Assembly: GCA_028534125.1 (NCBI GenBank) | Contig: CM052818.1 | Coordinates: forward strand, 31,064,001-31,128,000 | Origin: Lama glama | Taxonomy: Eukaryota | Direction of reading: 5' to 3' | DNA: 64,000 nucleotides | The notes under the pieces: model-generated | The model's database searches: none | What the model was told of the DNA's origin: nothing | What the model saw: only the letters and a program-made list of their open reading frames with translations | Program-made: the position numbers and the translations under genes | Shown here: in pieces, positions 24,450 to 36,490 of the stretch | Layout: every line of letters starts with the position of its first letter | Numbering within the stretch: position 1 is the first letter of the stretch

Positions 24450-25170
24450 ATGAAATGGACCAGGGTGTGGAGGACAGATTGGAAAGGGAGGCTAAGGGGA
24501 GAAAGTCCCATCTAGGGAGTTTGTGATGATTTTGTAAGAGAAAAAAAAAAGTGAGGGTTTGAATACCACAGGACTGATGGCTATGGGCAGGAAGGCACAG
24601 ATGAGAAACTTCCCCAGGAACAACGCATAACATTTAGGTTCATCTGTCTGTGAGGTGCTCGGGCAGGAAGATTTGAAGATTGTCCCAGCATGCCCAAATG
24701 GTGGGTGAAATCCCTCTTGAAGACAAAGAGTGCAGGTCGGGGAGGAGGTTAGGTGGGTTGAGAGGAAAGATAAATGTTTTTTTTCTTAGACAAATTTAAT
24801 TTCAGGCACAATAAGAACCCAAGTGGAGTTCTTCAAGGAGGTTGGGAATTTGAATCAGGAATCCCAAGAGGAGGTAAGAGCCGGAGGGAAAGATGTGGAA
24901 GTCATAGGCATGTAAGTGTGTGGGAATCCTGGGAGAGAAGCCCAGGGAAGTCCAATGTTTAAGGGGCAGTAGGAGGGAATGGAGACAGCAAAGGCTGAGA
25001 GAGAAAATGAAACCCGGAGAGGAGAGAGTTCTCGGAAGGGCATTTAATGATGCCACATTCTGCAGAGAGGACTCATGAAATCAGTGGCACAAAAAGATTT
25101 CACACAAAATTGGATGCGCTGCATTTCCCAACAAAGAAGTCACCACTGACCATGGCAAGAGTTTGAGGAA
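24450..25170 (-). mobile_element. L2 LINE fragments
   Basis: Purine-rich degenerate L2: 'ggaagtccaatgtttaaggggcagtaggag...caaaagaagtcaccactgaccatggcaagag'. Confidence 0.6.
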
Positions 25171-25547
25171 TTTGTGTGAATGCACATCCCTTGCACTCAA
25201 AAGTCACATAATACTTAAGAAATCTTTTTTTTTAAATAGAAGCAATTTCCAAGTCTAGGTCTATTATGCATGAAATCCATATTCTTCCCTAAATCCTTCC
25301 TTCCCTCCAGTATGTTAAATATACTTGAGACATTATTCAAAGTTCTTCAGAACAGTGAGGAATTTTCCAATTTAGCCTCTGATGGGAGGATGAGTTTATT
25401 AGTAAGAATAAATCCAGTTGAGAAGGCAGGGAGTAGAAGGCAAAGACTGATGAGTTAAGGACAAGTTAAAAGAGCCCCAGGGTGCTTTCAGCCCCTCCCT
25501 CCTTAGTGGAGGACTTCACTTCACCATTGCCAATTTTTTAAATCTTA

Positions 25548-25690
25548 TGCATCATTCAATATTTCGTTCAACCAAAATTTATTAAGGGTGGACTATGTGC
25601 CAAGTACACATCACATGCTGCAGATAAGATTTTAAAAATTGATTAAGACCAATTTCAGCCATTGAGGAGTCAGTGTCCAGTAGGGAATTT
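25548..25690 (-). mobile_element. L2 3' end
   Basis: 'tcattcaatatttcgttcaaccaaaatttattaagggtggactatgtgccaag'. Confidence 0.7.
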
Positions 25691-26408
25691 GGAAGTCTCC
25701 AAAATGGGGGATTTTATCACTGGCTCAGAGGACTGAAACAGGCGTGGTCAAGGAGCTTAGACAGAGCTGAGCCCCAGTCCCCTCACTGACCCAAGCTCCT
25801 CGCACAAGGCCTCAGCTGCCTCTCAAAAACAGGCTCTGATTTTGTAGGACGTCATACTTGACCCTGCATCAGTGCAGGAAGGCTTCAGAGGAAGCCAGAT
25901 AAAGGCATCAAATTCTGTGCCTGGCTCATGTGCCAGTGGCTACCTCACCTAGAGTTAAGAGCCTACCAAAGGCCCTTAATTAAAAATTTTCATTGCCCAT
26001 TCCCAGACTCTTGTCAGTTCTGTTATCTCTACCAGGGAGAAAGCAAGCCTCCCTTTAAGACTCCTGGTGGTCCCCACGTGGGACAAGGGGCATTTCAGCC
26101 AGATTCTTTGGGTCCACAGAGTGGGGCTCTGCTGCCAAGGGTCTGAGAGTCTGTCTACTTTGAAACCTTCCTCGGTTACCAGTTTCTGGAGATGGCTGAT
26201 GGTGTTCTGGCTCCCCTGCATTCGAGAAAGATTAGATGGTGGAGGAGAATGATGTCTCTGTCCTCATATGATAAACACAACAGAGAAAGGTGCAGGCATA
26301 GAGGTGGTAGTGGGGAGGGTGTTAAAATTCTTGGGCAGAAAATAAAAGCTGAGCCAACTTCCTTCCCTTTGAGGTGCATCCGAAGGAGGAATGTAAGGGC
26401 CTAGGAAA

Positions 26409-26590
26409 CAGTGCTGGAATAGGATGAGGAGGGTGAGTCACTCACCTCGGAAACAAAATTTAAGGGGCTACCAAGAATTCAATGATCATGATAAATCACG
26501 TTTTAATACAAGATTATTTTTTAAAAAGCTAATTCAAAAATTTACAATGAAGAAAAGTGCAAAACTTGAAGTAAAGATAGTATCAAGAGG
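26409..26590 (+). mobile_element. MER96B-like hAT fragment
   Basis: 'cactcacctcggaaacaaaatttaaggggctaccaagaattcaatgatcatgataaatcacgttttaata' resembles the recalled MER96B 5' end. Confidence 0.55.
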
Positions 26591-26639
26591 ATGGTTCAGA
26601 TAGTGGAGTTGCCCCAACCTAGATAGGAAATGCTGAGGT

Positions 26640-27465
26640 TGTTCCCAGGATATGTCTCTCTTTCTGCACCATAAAATCCAATTGAGTTTCCTCCTCCTGC
26701 TTGAAAACCTCCCCTGTTCCTCAAAGCAGCAAGACAACTCTTTATATAATGTAGGTGCAGCCTCTCCCACTGCCCAGCCCACTCTAGCCACAGCAACCTC
26801 CTCCTGTTCCCAAGATAAACGATCTCTTTCCTACCCCAGGACCTTTGCACTTGCTGATTCCTCCATTGTTCTTTCCGCCAGCTCTTCTTGTAAGAGACTT
26901 AGGGTCATTCTTCAAGTCTCAGCTCAAGTGCCCTCTTCTAGAATACTCCCCCCACCACTGGATTTAAAATAGGGCTCCCTAACATACGATGATCACACCA
27001 CCCTATTTGCCTCTTCCATAGCATGTTTCACAAGCTATAATCATCTCATTTACCTCTTCATTGTCTCCGCAACTAGAATGTAAACTCCTTGAAGGCAAGA
27101 ACCTTGACTGTCATCCCTGTGGTACTGCAGATCCTAACACAATGCCTGACACACAGTATGGACTCCCTAAATACTTGTGACCCAAATGATTGAATACAGC
27201 TTCTGTTCAGGTGTTGCCTCCTCTGTTAAGTCTCCCAGGATACATGTCCTCACCATCACCACCACAGAAGTCACTGCTTCAATCTCTGGGTCCTCAGAGC
27301 ACTTTGTGTATATTTGTATTACTGCATCCCACCTAGCTGTGCACATTAAACACTGATCTCCTGGAAGTCAGGGCCTGAGTCTTACTCACCTTGATATCCT
27401 TGAGCCAAGCACAATGCCCAGCACAGTGCCTGACAATAAATGCTCAAGTAAATATGAGCAAATGA
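26640..27465 (+). mobile_element. Tandem L2 3' fragments
   Basis: 'cccaggacctttgcacttgctgattcctc', 'actagaatgtaaactccttgaaggcaagaacc...aaatacttgtga', and a second 3' end near 27350-27460. Confidence 0.75.
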
Positions 27466-27959
27466 AATCTACTCAAACCAAGGTAGCCAGGTGCACAGTA
27501 AATGTATTCTGGAAAAGTTCAGTCTAATTACAATGTTGTAAATCAAATAATATTTTAATGGCAATAGAGGAGCTCACTGTTTAAAGGAACTCTGTGGGGA
27601 ATCCTACTGTAGAGAGAGAATCACCCCCTTACTTGTCCTTTAGTTTTTAGAGTTTCATAGGTTAGATCAGGTTTGTCCTGAGCCTTTGCACGTTCTTTGG
27701 AGCTCTCAGATGTGAGGTGTCCTCAGTCCTGCACAGGTTATTGTTAGACCCTAAGAAACTTAGTCATTACCCTACTTGTATATTTCTGGGGATCCTCAAG
27801 GTGATCTCCAGCTTCCTTTATGGTTTTGTTTTGTTTTGTTTTTTGGCCTAAGAAAACACGGGCTTATGAGCTCCCTGGTCCAGGGAGAGTCTTTATTTGA
27901 TCTCCACTCCCAACAGGGAGAGCTGTCATCTTGGAAAAAGCCAAATACCTATGGCCCAG

Positions 27960-30170
27960 TGCCAGGATGCTATATGACACATATAGTCAAAGAATGTAGG
28001 GGAGGGAGTACTAAGCAAAACCACTATTGCAAAATCTTTCCATTTAATGTGAAATGGTACAATATTTACTCTAATTTCTGTGAGAAGTTAAAGATTCCAT
28101 TGTAATCCCTAGAAAATGAATGCAAAAAAGGCACAAGTGAAAAATCAGTAGAAAAATTGAAATGAAATAGTAAGAAATATTCAATTAACTCAGAAGTAGC
28201 TGGGAAAGAAGAAACAGAAAAACAAAAACTGATTGAATCAACAGAAAATAAATATCAAAATGATAGACTGTATTCAACAATATCAATTTTTATGTTAAAA
28301 TTATATGGTTTAACATAAAAGGAAGAGATCATAAGAATGGATAAAAATCAACATCCATTTATATGCCGTCCACCAAGGGACACATTTAAAATATAATGAG
28401 ATAGGTTGAAAGTAAAAGTCCAGAAAAAGATATTACAGGCAAGTATGAATCAAAAAACATTGAAGTGGTTGTATTAATATTATACAAAGTGAGTTCAGGA
28501 TAAAACAATATTATATTTCATAATGATAAAAGGATTGATTCATCAAGAAGACATAACAATAATAAATTTGTATGCACCAATACTGACCTTTTTGTAATTA
28601 CAGACCTTCCAAGTATATGGAACAAAAATATAACATACCTAAATTAAACGGAGAACTAAACAAATTCAGTATTATCTTCTCAGTAATCGATAAAAACAGA
28701 GACAAAAAGCAGCAAGGACACAGAAGATCTGAACAACACTATAAGCCATTTAGATCGAATTGACATTTATAGGTTACTACACTCACAAATGTACACATTC
28801 TTTTCAAATGCACACAGAACAGTTACCAAGATAAAACATATCCTGAGATACAAAATAAATCTCAATACATTTCAAAAGATTGAACTCTTTCAGAGTATGT
28901 TCTCTAATGACAACAGAATTAAATTAGAAATTGAATATAAGATAGTATAAAAGCCTTAAATATTTAGAAATTAAACAGTGCATTTCCAAATAAATCATGA
29001 GTCAATGAAAAAATTCCAAGGAAAATTAGAAAATATTTCATCCTAAACAGTAATAAGAATATAATATAATAAAACTGTGATGCAGCTAAGGCAGCACTTA
29101 GAGGGAAATTCATTGCTATAAAGTCCGTATTAAAAAAGAAGAAAGGTTTAAAATTCATTACCTACATTTCTACCATAAGAAAAATGAGCAAATTAAACCC
29201 TAAGTAAATAGAAGAAAGGAAATTATAAAGATTTGAGCAGAAATTAATGAACTATAAAACAAACAATAAAGAAAACTAACAGAGCCAAAAGTTGGTCCTT
29301 AGAAAAGATTAATATAATCAATAAAACCTCTAAGAGTACTGATCAGGGAAAAAAGAGAGATAACACAAGTTACTATATCAGGAAAACACAAGCTATGTTA
29401 GGATCTGTTATCACTACAGATTCCACAAACATTAAAATGGTAATAAGGATATGTTATAAACAAGTTTATGCCAATAAATTTGATAACTTAGATGAAATGG
29501 ACAAAATCCTTGAAAAACAAAATGCCAAAATTGACACAAATTTGAAAATTTGAATAGCCCTATATTAAAGACATTAGATTTATCTTAAACTTTTCCACCA
29601 ACAAACTCTAAATCCAGATGGTTTCATTGCTGAATTTTTATCACCAGTCTTGTACAAACGTTCTCAGAAAATAGAGGAAGAAACATGCCCTACTGTATTT
29701 TACAAGGTCACCGTAAGTCTCAGAAAAATCTGGCAAAGTCTTTACAGAAAAGAAAATTCCAGATTATAGCCCTCAGGAACCAAATCATAAACAAAATACA
29801 GCAAGTCACATCCAGCAAGAAAGATAATTCATCTTGACTAAGCGGAGTTTGTCCCAGGAATGCAAGGTTGTTTCAACATTTGGAAATCAATGTATTTCAT
29901 CACATTAACAGAATAGAGGAGAAAAATAATATGATCATCTCAACAGATGCAGAAGAAGAATTTGAGAAAATTCAACAATACTCAGCAATACTAAGTAAAT
30001 TAGGGAAAGGTAGTTTTCCCTATTAGGGAAACACTTAAGACAGCCTGAGGTGGCCAGTGACAACCATGATAGTACAGGTGGGAAAAACTGAGGCCTTCTT
30101 TAACTGGACGAAAAACATGAGTGAAAGTGTCATGGTTTACGTTACACTTAATGGTGAATGTTGGATGCTT
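27960..30170 (+). mobile_element. Decayed L1 (inter-ORF region and ORF2 endonuclease to RT start), interrupted near 30014-30094
   Basis: A-rich ORF2 hallmarks, e.g. 'cccaggaatgcaaggttgtttcaacatttggaaatcaat' and 'atgatcatctcaacagatgcagaa'. Many stops and frameshifts. Confidence 0.9.
30030..30094 (+). repeat. 65-bp dispersed direct duplicate of 32469-32533
   Basis: 62/65 identical, with three transitions. Confidence 0.95.
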
Positions 30171-30434
30171 ATTAAGCAACAGAGTCTACTGTTTATAGAG
30201 GGAGCTTTTCCAGTAGAAGCCTGATGGGCCTTGGGGGCAGTTATTGGTTAATTATTTGAGACTGTGGGGAAAATGTTCTAGACACATGTTCTCAGACTGC
30301 AGTGTTTACCTCTTCTTCAAACTGAAGAGAGAAATATGGTATGGAAAAATCTCTTGTGAGTGATGAGTTTGGACAGAAACTTTGTTCATTGGTCCAGATA
30401 CTTTCTGGGACCCACTATAGACAATGAGACCCTT

Positions 30435-30885
30435 AACCAAAATGTAAAATATGTGTATCCTTCAATCCAGAACATCCACTTCTAGGTTTCTAGCCCACAG
30501 AAACAGCAATATGTATGAGGATGATCACTGCAGCATTATCTGTAATGGGGAAAACCTGGAGGCAAACTAAAATTCTATCAATAGAAGACTAGTTAAGATT
30601 ATGGAATACTACATAGCCAGTAAAAAGAATGAAGTTGATCTCAATGCAAAGACATGAAAAAATATCCATTATATAGTTCTTCTAAAAAAGAGCAACTTGA
30701 TAGATAACATTTATAGTACAAACATACTTTTATTAAATAAAGCTGTTCATTTATAATTTATATCTAAAGCAAATGCTCAAAAGGATGTACTCTAAAATAC
30801 TGATCATACCTAGCTTTGGATGGTGCCACTTGGGTTATTTTAATTTTCTTTCCACTCTTATTTTCAAATGTTTCTACAAGAAGCG
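30435..30885 (+). mobile_element. L1ME-type 3' region
   Basis: 'ccttcaatccagaacatccacttctagg...tcactgcagcattatctgtaat...tatggaatactacatagccagtaaaaagaatga'. Confidence 0.75.
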
Positions 30886-31324
30886 TTTTCTGAAGTGTGA
30901 GCCAGCATTTGTGCAAAATGGGTGAGATTATTTCCCTCCCAGGGAGATGGGGGGAGTGGTTCCATTGGAAGCCCTGCTGTGTGCCTTTGACAGGATGAGG
31001 CTTTTACCTCTTCTCCAATGAGAAGTATGATAATAATGCATTCCACAAAGAGTAATTGTGAGCATTTGTAAGTCCCTCTGTGTTGATACACACATTCCCA
31101 TATAGTTCCCAGGAAGTCTTGTGTGTTGATCAGGGGAGCAGGCAGAGTGTGAAGCATCACACACACTACACATCACAGCACATCACAACCCCCAACACAC
31201 CCCTTGCATGCATGCTTAGTACTAATGATGACTGAGCACCTCCTGGGGACTGAGTCCTGTGCTGGGTGCTTTATATGTGTATTTCTAATCCTCCACAGAG
31301 CCCTGAAAAGCATGCATAATTCAA

Positions 31325-32088
31325 CACTCATTTTATTTAATACATATTTACTGATCATCTACATTCAGTGTTGGGGATACAGCACTGAATAAAAATGACA
31401 AAAATTCCTGCTCCTTCTGTAGTCAGTCTTGTGGGAAGAGACAGGCAATGAACATAATGAATACGTACAATAGAAAGAGTGAACAGTGGTTATCTAGCAT
31501 GGTTGGAGGTGTTATATGCTAAGAAGAATATAGTGGGATAAGGTGAATTGGGAAAGTCAGAGGAGGTTGGGCTTGCAGTTTTCAAAAGGATGATTAGGGT
31601 AGGTTCCCTTAAGAAGGAAACTTTTGAGCAGACACTTGAAGAGGATGAGGGAGTGAGACAGACAAATATCTGGGCAGAGAGTTTTCCAGGTAGAGGGAAC
31701 AGCCTGTGCAAAGGTGCTGAGTTGCAGGGAGGGGGCCAAGGAGGCTGCATGGAATGAGTAGAGTAGGAGGAGGTGGGGTTGGGGAGGGAACAGGGGACCT
31801 GTCCTGGGAGGCCTTTTAGGTCATTGTAAAGACAGTTTTACCCTCTACAAAGCAGAAGCCATAACCACAAGGGGAGTGAATTACAGGAATGTCATGATCT
31901 GACCTGTGTTTTAAAAGACTCAAACTGGGGGTGGCAGAGTGCATGCTTAGCATGCACCAGGTCCTGGGTTCAATCCCCAGTACCTCCATTGAAAAAAAAA
32001 ACAACAACAAAAGACTCCCTCTGAAGAGAGGTACAAGAGAAAGCAGGAGGCCAGTTAGGAGGCTATTGCAATAATCAGGCTTGGGTAG
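31325..32088 (-). mobile_element. L2a-type 3' portion
   Basis: 'atatttactgatcatctac...ttgagcagacacttgaagagg...ttccaggtagagggaacagcctgtgcaaagg...aggccagttaggaggctattgcaataatc'. Confidence 0.85.
31927..32008 (+). mobile_element. Vic-1-type tRNA-Ala(AGC)-derived camelid SINE, 5'/A-box part deleted
   Basis: 'gtggcagagtgcatgcttagcatgcaccaggtcctgggttcaatccccagtacctcca' plus A tail. B box GGTTCAATCCC. TSD aaaagactc at 31913-31921 and 32009-32017, at a TT|AAAA site. Confidence 0.88.
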
Positions 32089-32394
32089 AGTCATTTTCCC
32101 ACTTTAAAATCAGGAAATGGAAACCCAACACAACCATCTGGCTCACAATCACACGGCTGATGGGTGGCTGAGCTGGGATTTGAATCTAGAACCATCTGAC
32201 TCCAAATTCAGTGTTCTTTTGCCCAGGAAGGAAAACTAGGCTTTGCATTGTAGTAAGAGTCACTTTATTGCCAGTGTCTTCACACTTGCGGGGAGGGAGG
32301 GGTATCACCTCTTGGCCAGGTTTCATGCCTCCCTCTCTCCCCATATTTTCTCCTTCCAACCCTCCTATCCCTACTGCCAGCCTAGCCGTGAAAA

Positions 32395-32540
32395 CATAAC
32401 TGATGTAGGTACTTCCCAGTGCTGGAACCGCCACGTGACATCCTAATGTTGGTTTCAAGTGTTTCCCGAACACTTAAAACAGCCTGGGGTGGCCAGTGAC
32501 AACCATGATAGTACAGGTGGGGAAAACTGAGGCATTGTCA
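32395..32540 (-). mobile_element. Degenerate MIR containing the donor of the 65-bp duplicate
   Basis: 'tacaggtggggaaaactgaggca' corresponds to the MIR core tacagatgaggaaactgaggca. Confidence 0.5.
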
Positions 32541-33274
32541 GATCAAGAAAGCACCCCAGAGTCACAGCAGTTTGGGTATGGAGCCTCCTCTTTCCCTCCC
32601 TGTTGCTGATTTAGGATCTCCTGCCTCCTGGTTTGGGCACTGGGTATGAAGCTGAGGCTGCTCTTGGTCCCCTGTGGCTCAGTCCCAATAGGGTGCCTGT
32701 GCCCCTTGGCAAGGGTGAGAGCCACAGCCATCCAACAAAGCTAGGATGAGTAATTGTTATTTTCTCACACAGCATCCATCAGGAGACAAGCCCTGGCATT
32801 TATCTAGTAGCAAGTGATCGTTATCTGGTGGTGATGTTCTTCCCACTGGCAGTATCTTCTAAATAAGGGTCAGCCGTCCTGGGCTCTGTCTGCTGCTGAT
32901 TTCTTCCTGGGGGATGAACCACACTCAAACCCAGGCAGCCAGGCCACCAGGTTGGGGGCAGGGAGAGAGGAGGCGATGAAGGGAGGGGGTTGTTCCACAG
33001 TTGAGCCAGAGAAACTGGCCTGAGTTTTGATTCTGTCAAATGTTTGGGAGAAGATGGAAGACAGTACCAGGGAGAACCCTCATTTCCACTTCAGCAAGCC
33101 TTCATCCATAAATGTAACAGACCATCCAGTAAATTCCCTGGATGCTGACATTCTGGGTGTGAGGAAGGTAAAAGAAAAGCCTCTTAGAGCTCTTGTTCTC
33201 TCTTGCTTGTCTTCCTGTTATCAGACCAGAGTCTGGAATGGGCTTGGATTCAAGAGCTCAGAATGAACTGTCAT

Positions 33275-33495
33275 CAGCTAGTCCTGGCCCTGGCATCAAA
33301 GGACCTAGGTTCATGTCCAGACCCCACTGATCCCAGAATCCTGGACCTCAGGTAAGTCCCTAAACTTCTAGGAGCCTTGATTTGCTCATCTGCTTAATGA
33401 GAATGGGAATGACCCCCTTCTCAGGGGCCACTGTGAGGATTCGAGGAGATAACCATACTGTCTCTGAGAAATGCTGTGTTGGCCATAGGGTGCTC
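33275..33495 (+). mobile_element. MIR SINE
   Basis: 'gacctaggttcatgtccag...ggacctcaggtaagtccctaaacttctaggagccttgatttgctcatctg'. Confidence 0.7.
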
Positions 33496-33824
33496 TGCAT
33501 GTGGAAGGAACCATTGTTCTGGTTCAGGTCGAGGGTTTTGTTGATGTTCTCGAGGTGGTTTGCCCTGCATTGTCCCCCGCACCCATCTTGACTTAGAAGC
33601 CAGCCTTCTCTCTATGACTTTACCTCTTCTGGTCTTCAGTAGAAGTGTATAGTCCAAGTAATGAGTCTTGCCAGCCAACGGAGTCCCGTGTGGCCAAGGC
33701 TGTACTAGCTGATGGCAATTTGGGAGGAATACATGATTTAGTCTGCGTGCCCCCATGGGGCACTTTTGGACAAAATGAGCCCCGTAGAAGCCAAGGCACA
33801 ATCATGGACGAGTCTGTAGTTGGA

Positions 33825-34050
33825 TCCTATTTACTGAGGGCCTGACGTGTGCTTAACTGTGCCAGTTGCTTCCACATTGTTGTCAAATTTAACACTCTGT
33901 GACCATTCTGTGAGGAAGGTGTCCTCATTTTCCAGATGAAAAACTGATATTTAGAGGCACTGAATGATCAGCCTAAGACCAACCTAATGACAAGATAGTG
34001 AGGGGGGCTGTATCTGTTTATTCTCAAGTTCAAGGTTCTGTCCCCTCTTC
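33825..34050 (-). mobile_element. MIR SINE
   Basis: 'atttactgagggcctgacgtgtgc...ctcattttccagatgaaaaactga'. Confidence 0.7.
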
Positions 34051-34211
34051 CAACTAGAGTATAATCTGGTGCTTTATCCTGTCTCTTACAAACAAGTGGA
34101 AATCCCAGGCAGCTGAGGCTCTGGGAGGCATCAGTTCTGAGGCCTTGCTACCATTGGGTACTAAGACAGGAAATTGCCTCTTGTGGGATTTGGATATTTG
34201 AAACTCCAAGG

Positions 34212-34975
34212 AGAAATGCAAATCAAAACCACATAAGATGCCATTTCATACCTATTAGGAAGGTTATTATTTTTAAAACTGGAAAATAAAAAGTGTAGAT
34301 GAGAATGTGGACAAATTAGAACTTTTGGGCATTGTTGATGAAAATGTAAGATGGCATAGCCACTGTGGAAAACACTGGCAGTTTCTTAGAAAGTGAAACA
34401 TAGAATCACCATGTGATCCAGCAATCCCACTTCGGGGTATATACCTAAAAGAATTAAAAGCAGGGACTGAAACAGATATTTGCATACCATGTTCATGTAG
34501 TATTATTCACAATAGCCAAAACGTAGAAGCAACCCAAGTGTCCACTGATGGATGAATGGGTAAACAAAAGCTGTTATATACCTACCATGGAATATTATGC
34601 AGCCTTGAAAAGGAAGGAAATTTGAACACATGCTACAATATGGATGAACTTCATGGACATTATGCTCAGTGAAACAAGCGAAACACAGAAGAGGAAGTAC
34701 TGTATGATTCCACTTATATGAAGTACCTAGAGCAACCAAATTCATAAAGACAGAAAGTGGAATGCAGGCTACCAGGAACTGAGGGGAGGTTGGGAAAAGG
34801 GAGTTATTTCATTTTGGGATGGGTTTCTGTTTGGGATGATAAAAAAAAGTTCTGGAATTGATCATGGTCTTAGTTGCACAACACTGTGAATATACTTACT
34901 GCCATTGAATTGTACACTTAGAATGTTTACAATGGTAAATTCGATGTTATGTATATTTTACCACAATAAAAAAAA
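34212..34975 (+). mobile_element. 5'-truncated L1MB-type element
   Basis: 'gaaatgcaaatcaaaaccaca...tgatccagcaatcccacttc...tatattttaccacaataaaaaaaa'. Degenerate TSD ending ggagaaat (34210-34217 and 34984-34991). Confidence 0.92.
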
Positions 34976-35964
34976 GCCCTCAGGGAGAAATTCTTCACTT
35001 GAAGAAAAGGAATGGTATGCTACCAGAGTTCCTTTCACTAGTGAGTCCAGGGCAATTATAATATTTGTTTAGAAATCATTAACTGCTCATCAAGGAAGGG
35101 GCAGCCAAAGACACTCAAGAGATGACAGAAGAGAAACAGCTTTACAATGTTAATGTAACTCAATAGAAAATGAGGATTTGATTTACTAAAACTCAGTTTT
35201 TTATGCAGCTTTCTTCAGAGCCCACCTATCTAACCTGAATCCATATTCAAAGGAGCTACAAGAAAACCCGGTGGAATTTGACCACAGGTCCCTTTAAGTC
35301 ATTCGGCAATGAACATTTATGCCACATGTTTCTTGGGCTTTTAAAAGGCAATGTTCTGTGCCAATGGTCCCCCCGGCTGTATAGATAATTGTAAAACAAA
35401 CTCCGTATTCCACTGACACCCTTTCTAATTACATCTCACCTTCATTAGGCTATTAAAGTGATAGATGGTAGCAATTACATTGAACCCCACTGAAAACTCT
35501 CTATCTGTGACGCGCAGTGACGAGAACATGAGTTATTTATCCAGAAGCCTGGAAGAACTCGGCTGCCTCAGCCAAGCTGAGAAAAGAAAAACCCCGTGCG
35601 ACCACTAGCAGCACATGGATTCCTGGGGCAAGGTCAGGAGGCAGAGTGTACAGCTGGTGCTCACTTTTCTACTGGCCTCACAGATGCCTCAATGTGGAAA
35701 ACAGAAACTATTATCAGGCGTTGCAGAGTTACTTAAAACAATACGAGGGTACTCAGGAGAGAGCCTCCCAAATGCTGAATTACTCCCGGCCATTCTACAC
35801 GAGGAATGTTTCAAGGAACCAAAGAAGTAAAACCTGGGAGAAAAGAAGATAAGGGAGCAGAGCGGGGACCATCTCCCGACATTCCAGGGTGAATTTGACG
35901 TGTTCCATCTACGTGGCCCAAGGGGGAGGAATTCGGTGCAGACATCAGGACACCCTACTCTCAC

Positions 35965-36490
35965 AGGTCTCAATAACTAGGGCATTTGCTAGTGTGTGTA
36001 ACTGGAGGTGCAGAGGAAGATGGGCTTCAGGGCTGGTGGATTTTCAGATTCAGGGGCTGAATGATCTGATCCAGGTCCCAGGTTCTTTCCATCCCTCCAC
36101 TCTGCTCTCCACTTTGTCAGCCTTACCCTAACTTGGTGACTCCAGTGTGCTTAGGATAGGCCATGTGCTTGCTTGTTCTCTTCCAGTAGGAAAGCAAGAG
36201 CTGACTTCTTAGAGGAAAGCTCTTAGAAGCCTTCAGCACACATCTCAGAGCTCACTGGCTAGCACTGGATCACTTGCTCATTTCTAAATTAATCATCGTG
36301 GGATGATTAATTTTGCGGGAAGATGGGTGTACTCTAGTTGGTTAAGACAGATCATGTCCCACCCAGAGCTGCTGCCGATCAGCTACCCCTGAGATTGCAT
36401 GGGAGAAAAAATCATGGCTGATTTCAGGGGCAACCTGAGAGGTACTGGGCTCTGTGGGGAAGGAAGAAAGGGGGATTGATATTTGGCAAG
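35965..36490 (-). mobile_element. Old MLT1 (K/L-like) LTR
   Basis: 'ccaggttctttccatccctccactctgc...ctcactggctagcactggatcacttgctcatttctaaattaatca'. Confidence 0.65.

Larger units (their letters stand above)
31222..32225 (-). mobile_element. MIR split into two halves (31222-~31320 and ~32090-32225) by an L2 insertion
   Basis: Left 'tgagcacc...ctgtgctgggtgctttatatgtgtatttctaatcctc'. Right 'tttcccactttaaaatcaggaaatggaa...gagctgggatttgaatctagaaccatctgactcca'. Confidence 0.65.

Noticed and set aside
27960..30170. Active or intact L1 ORF2
   Set aside because: Numerous stops, frameshifts and deletions. There is no ORF1 or promoter.
31927..31988. tRNA-Ala(AGC) gene
   Set aside because: The 5' acceptor/D-arm part is missing, and an A tail and TSD are present, so it is a SINE.
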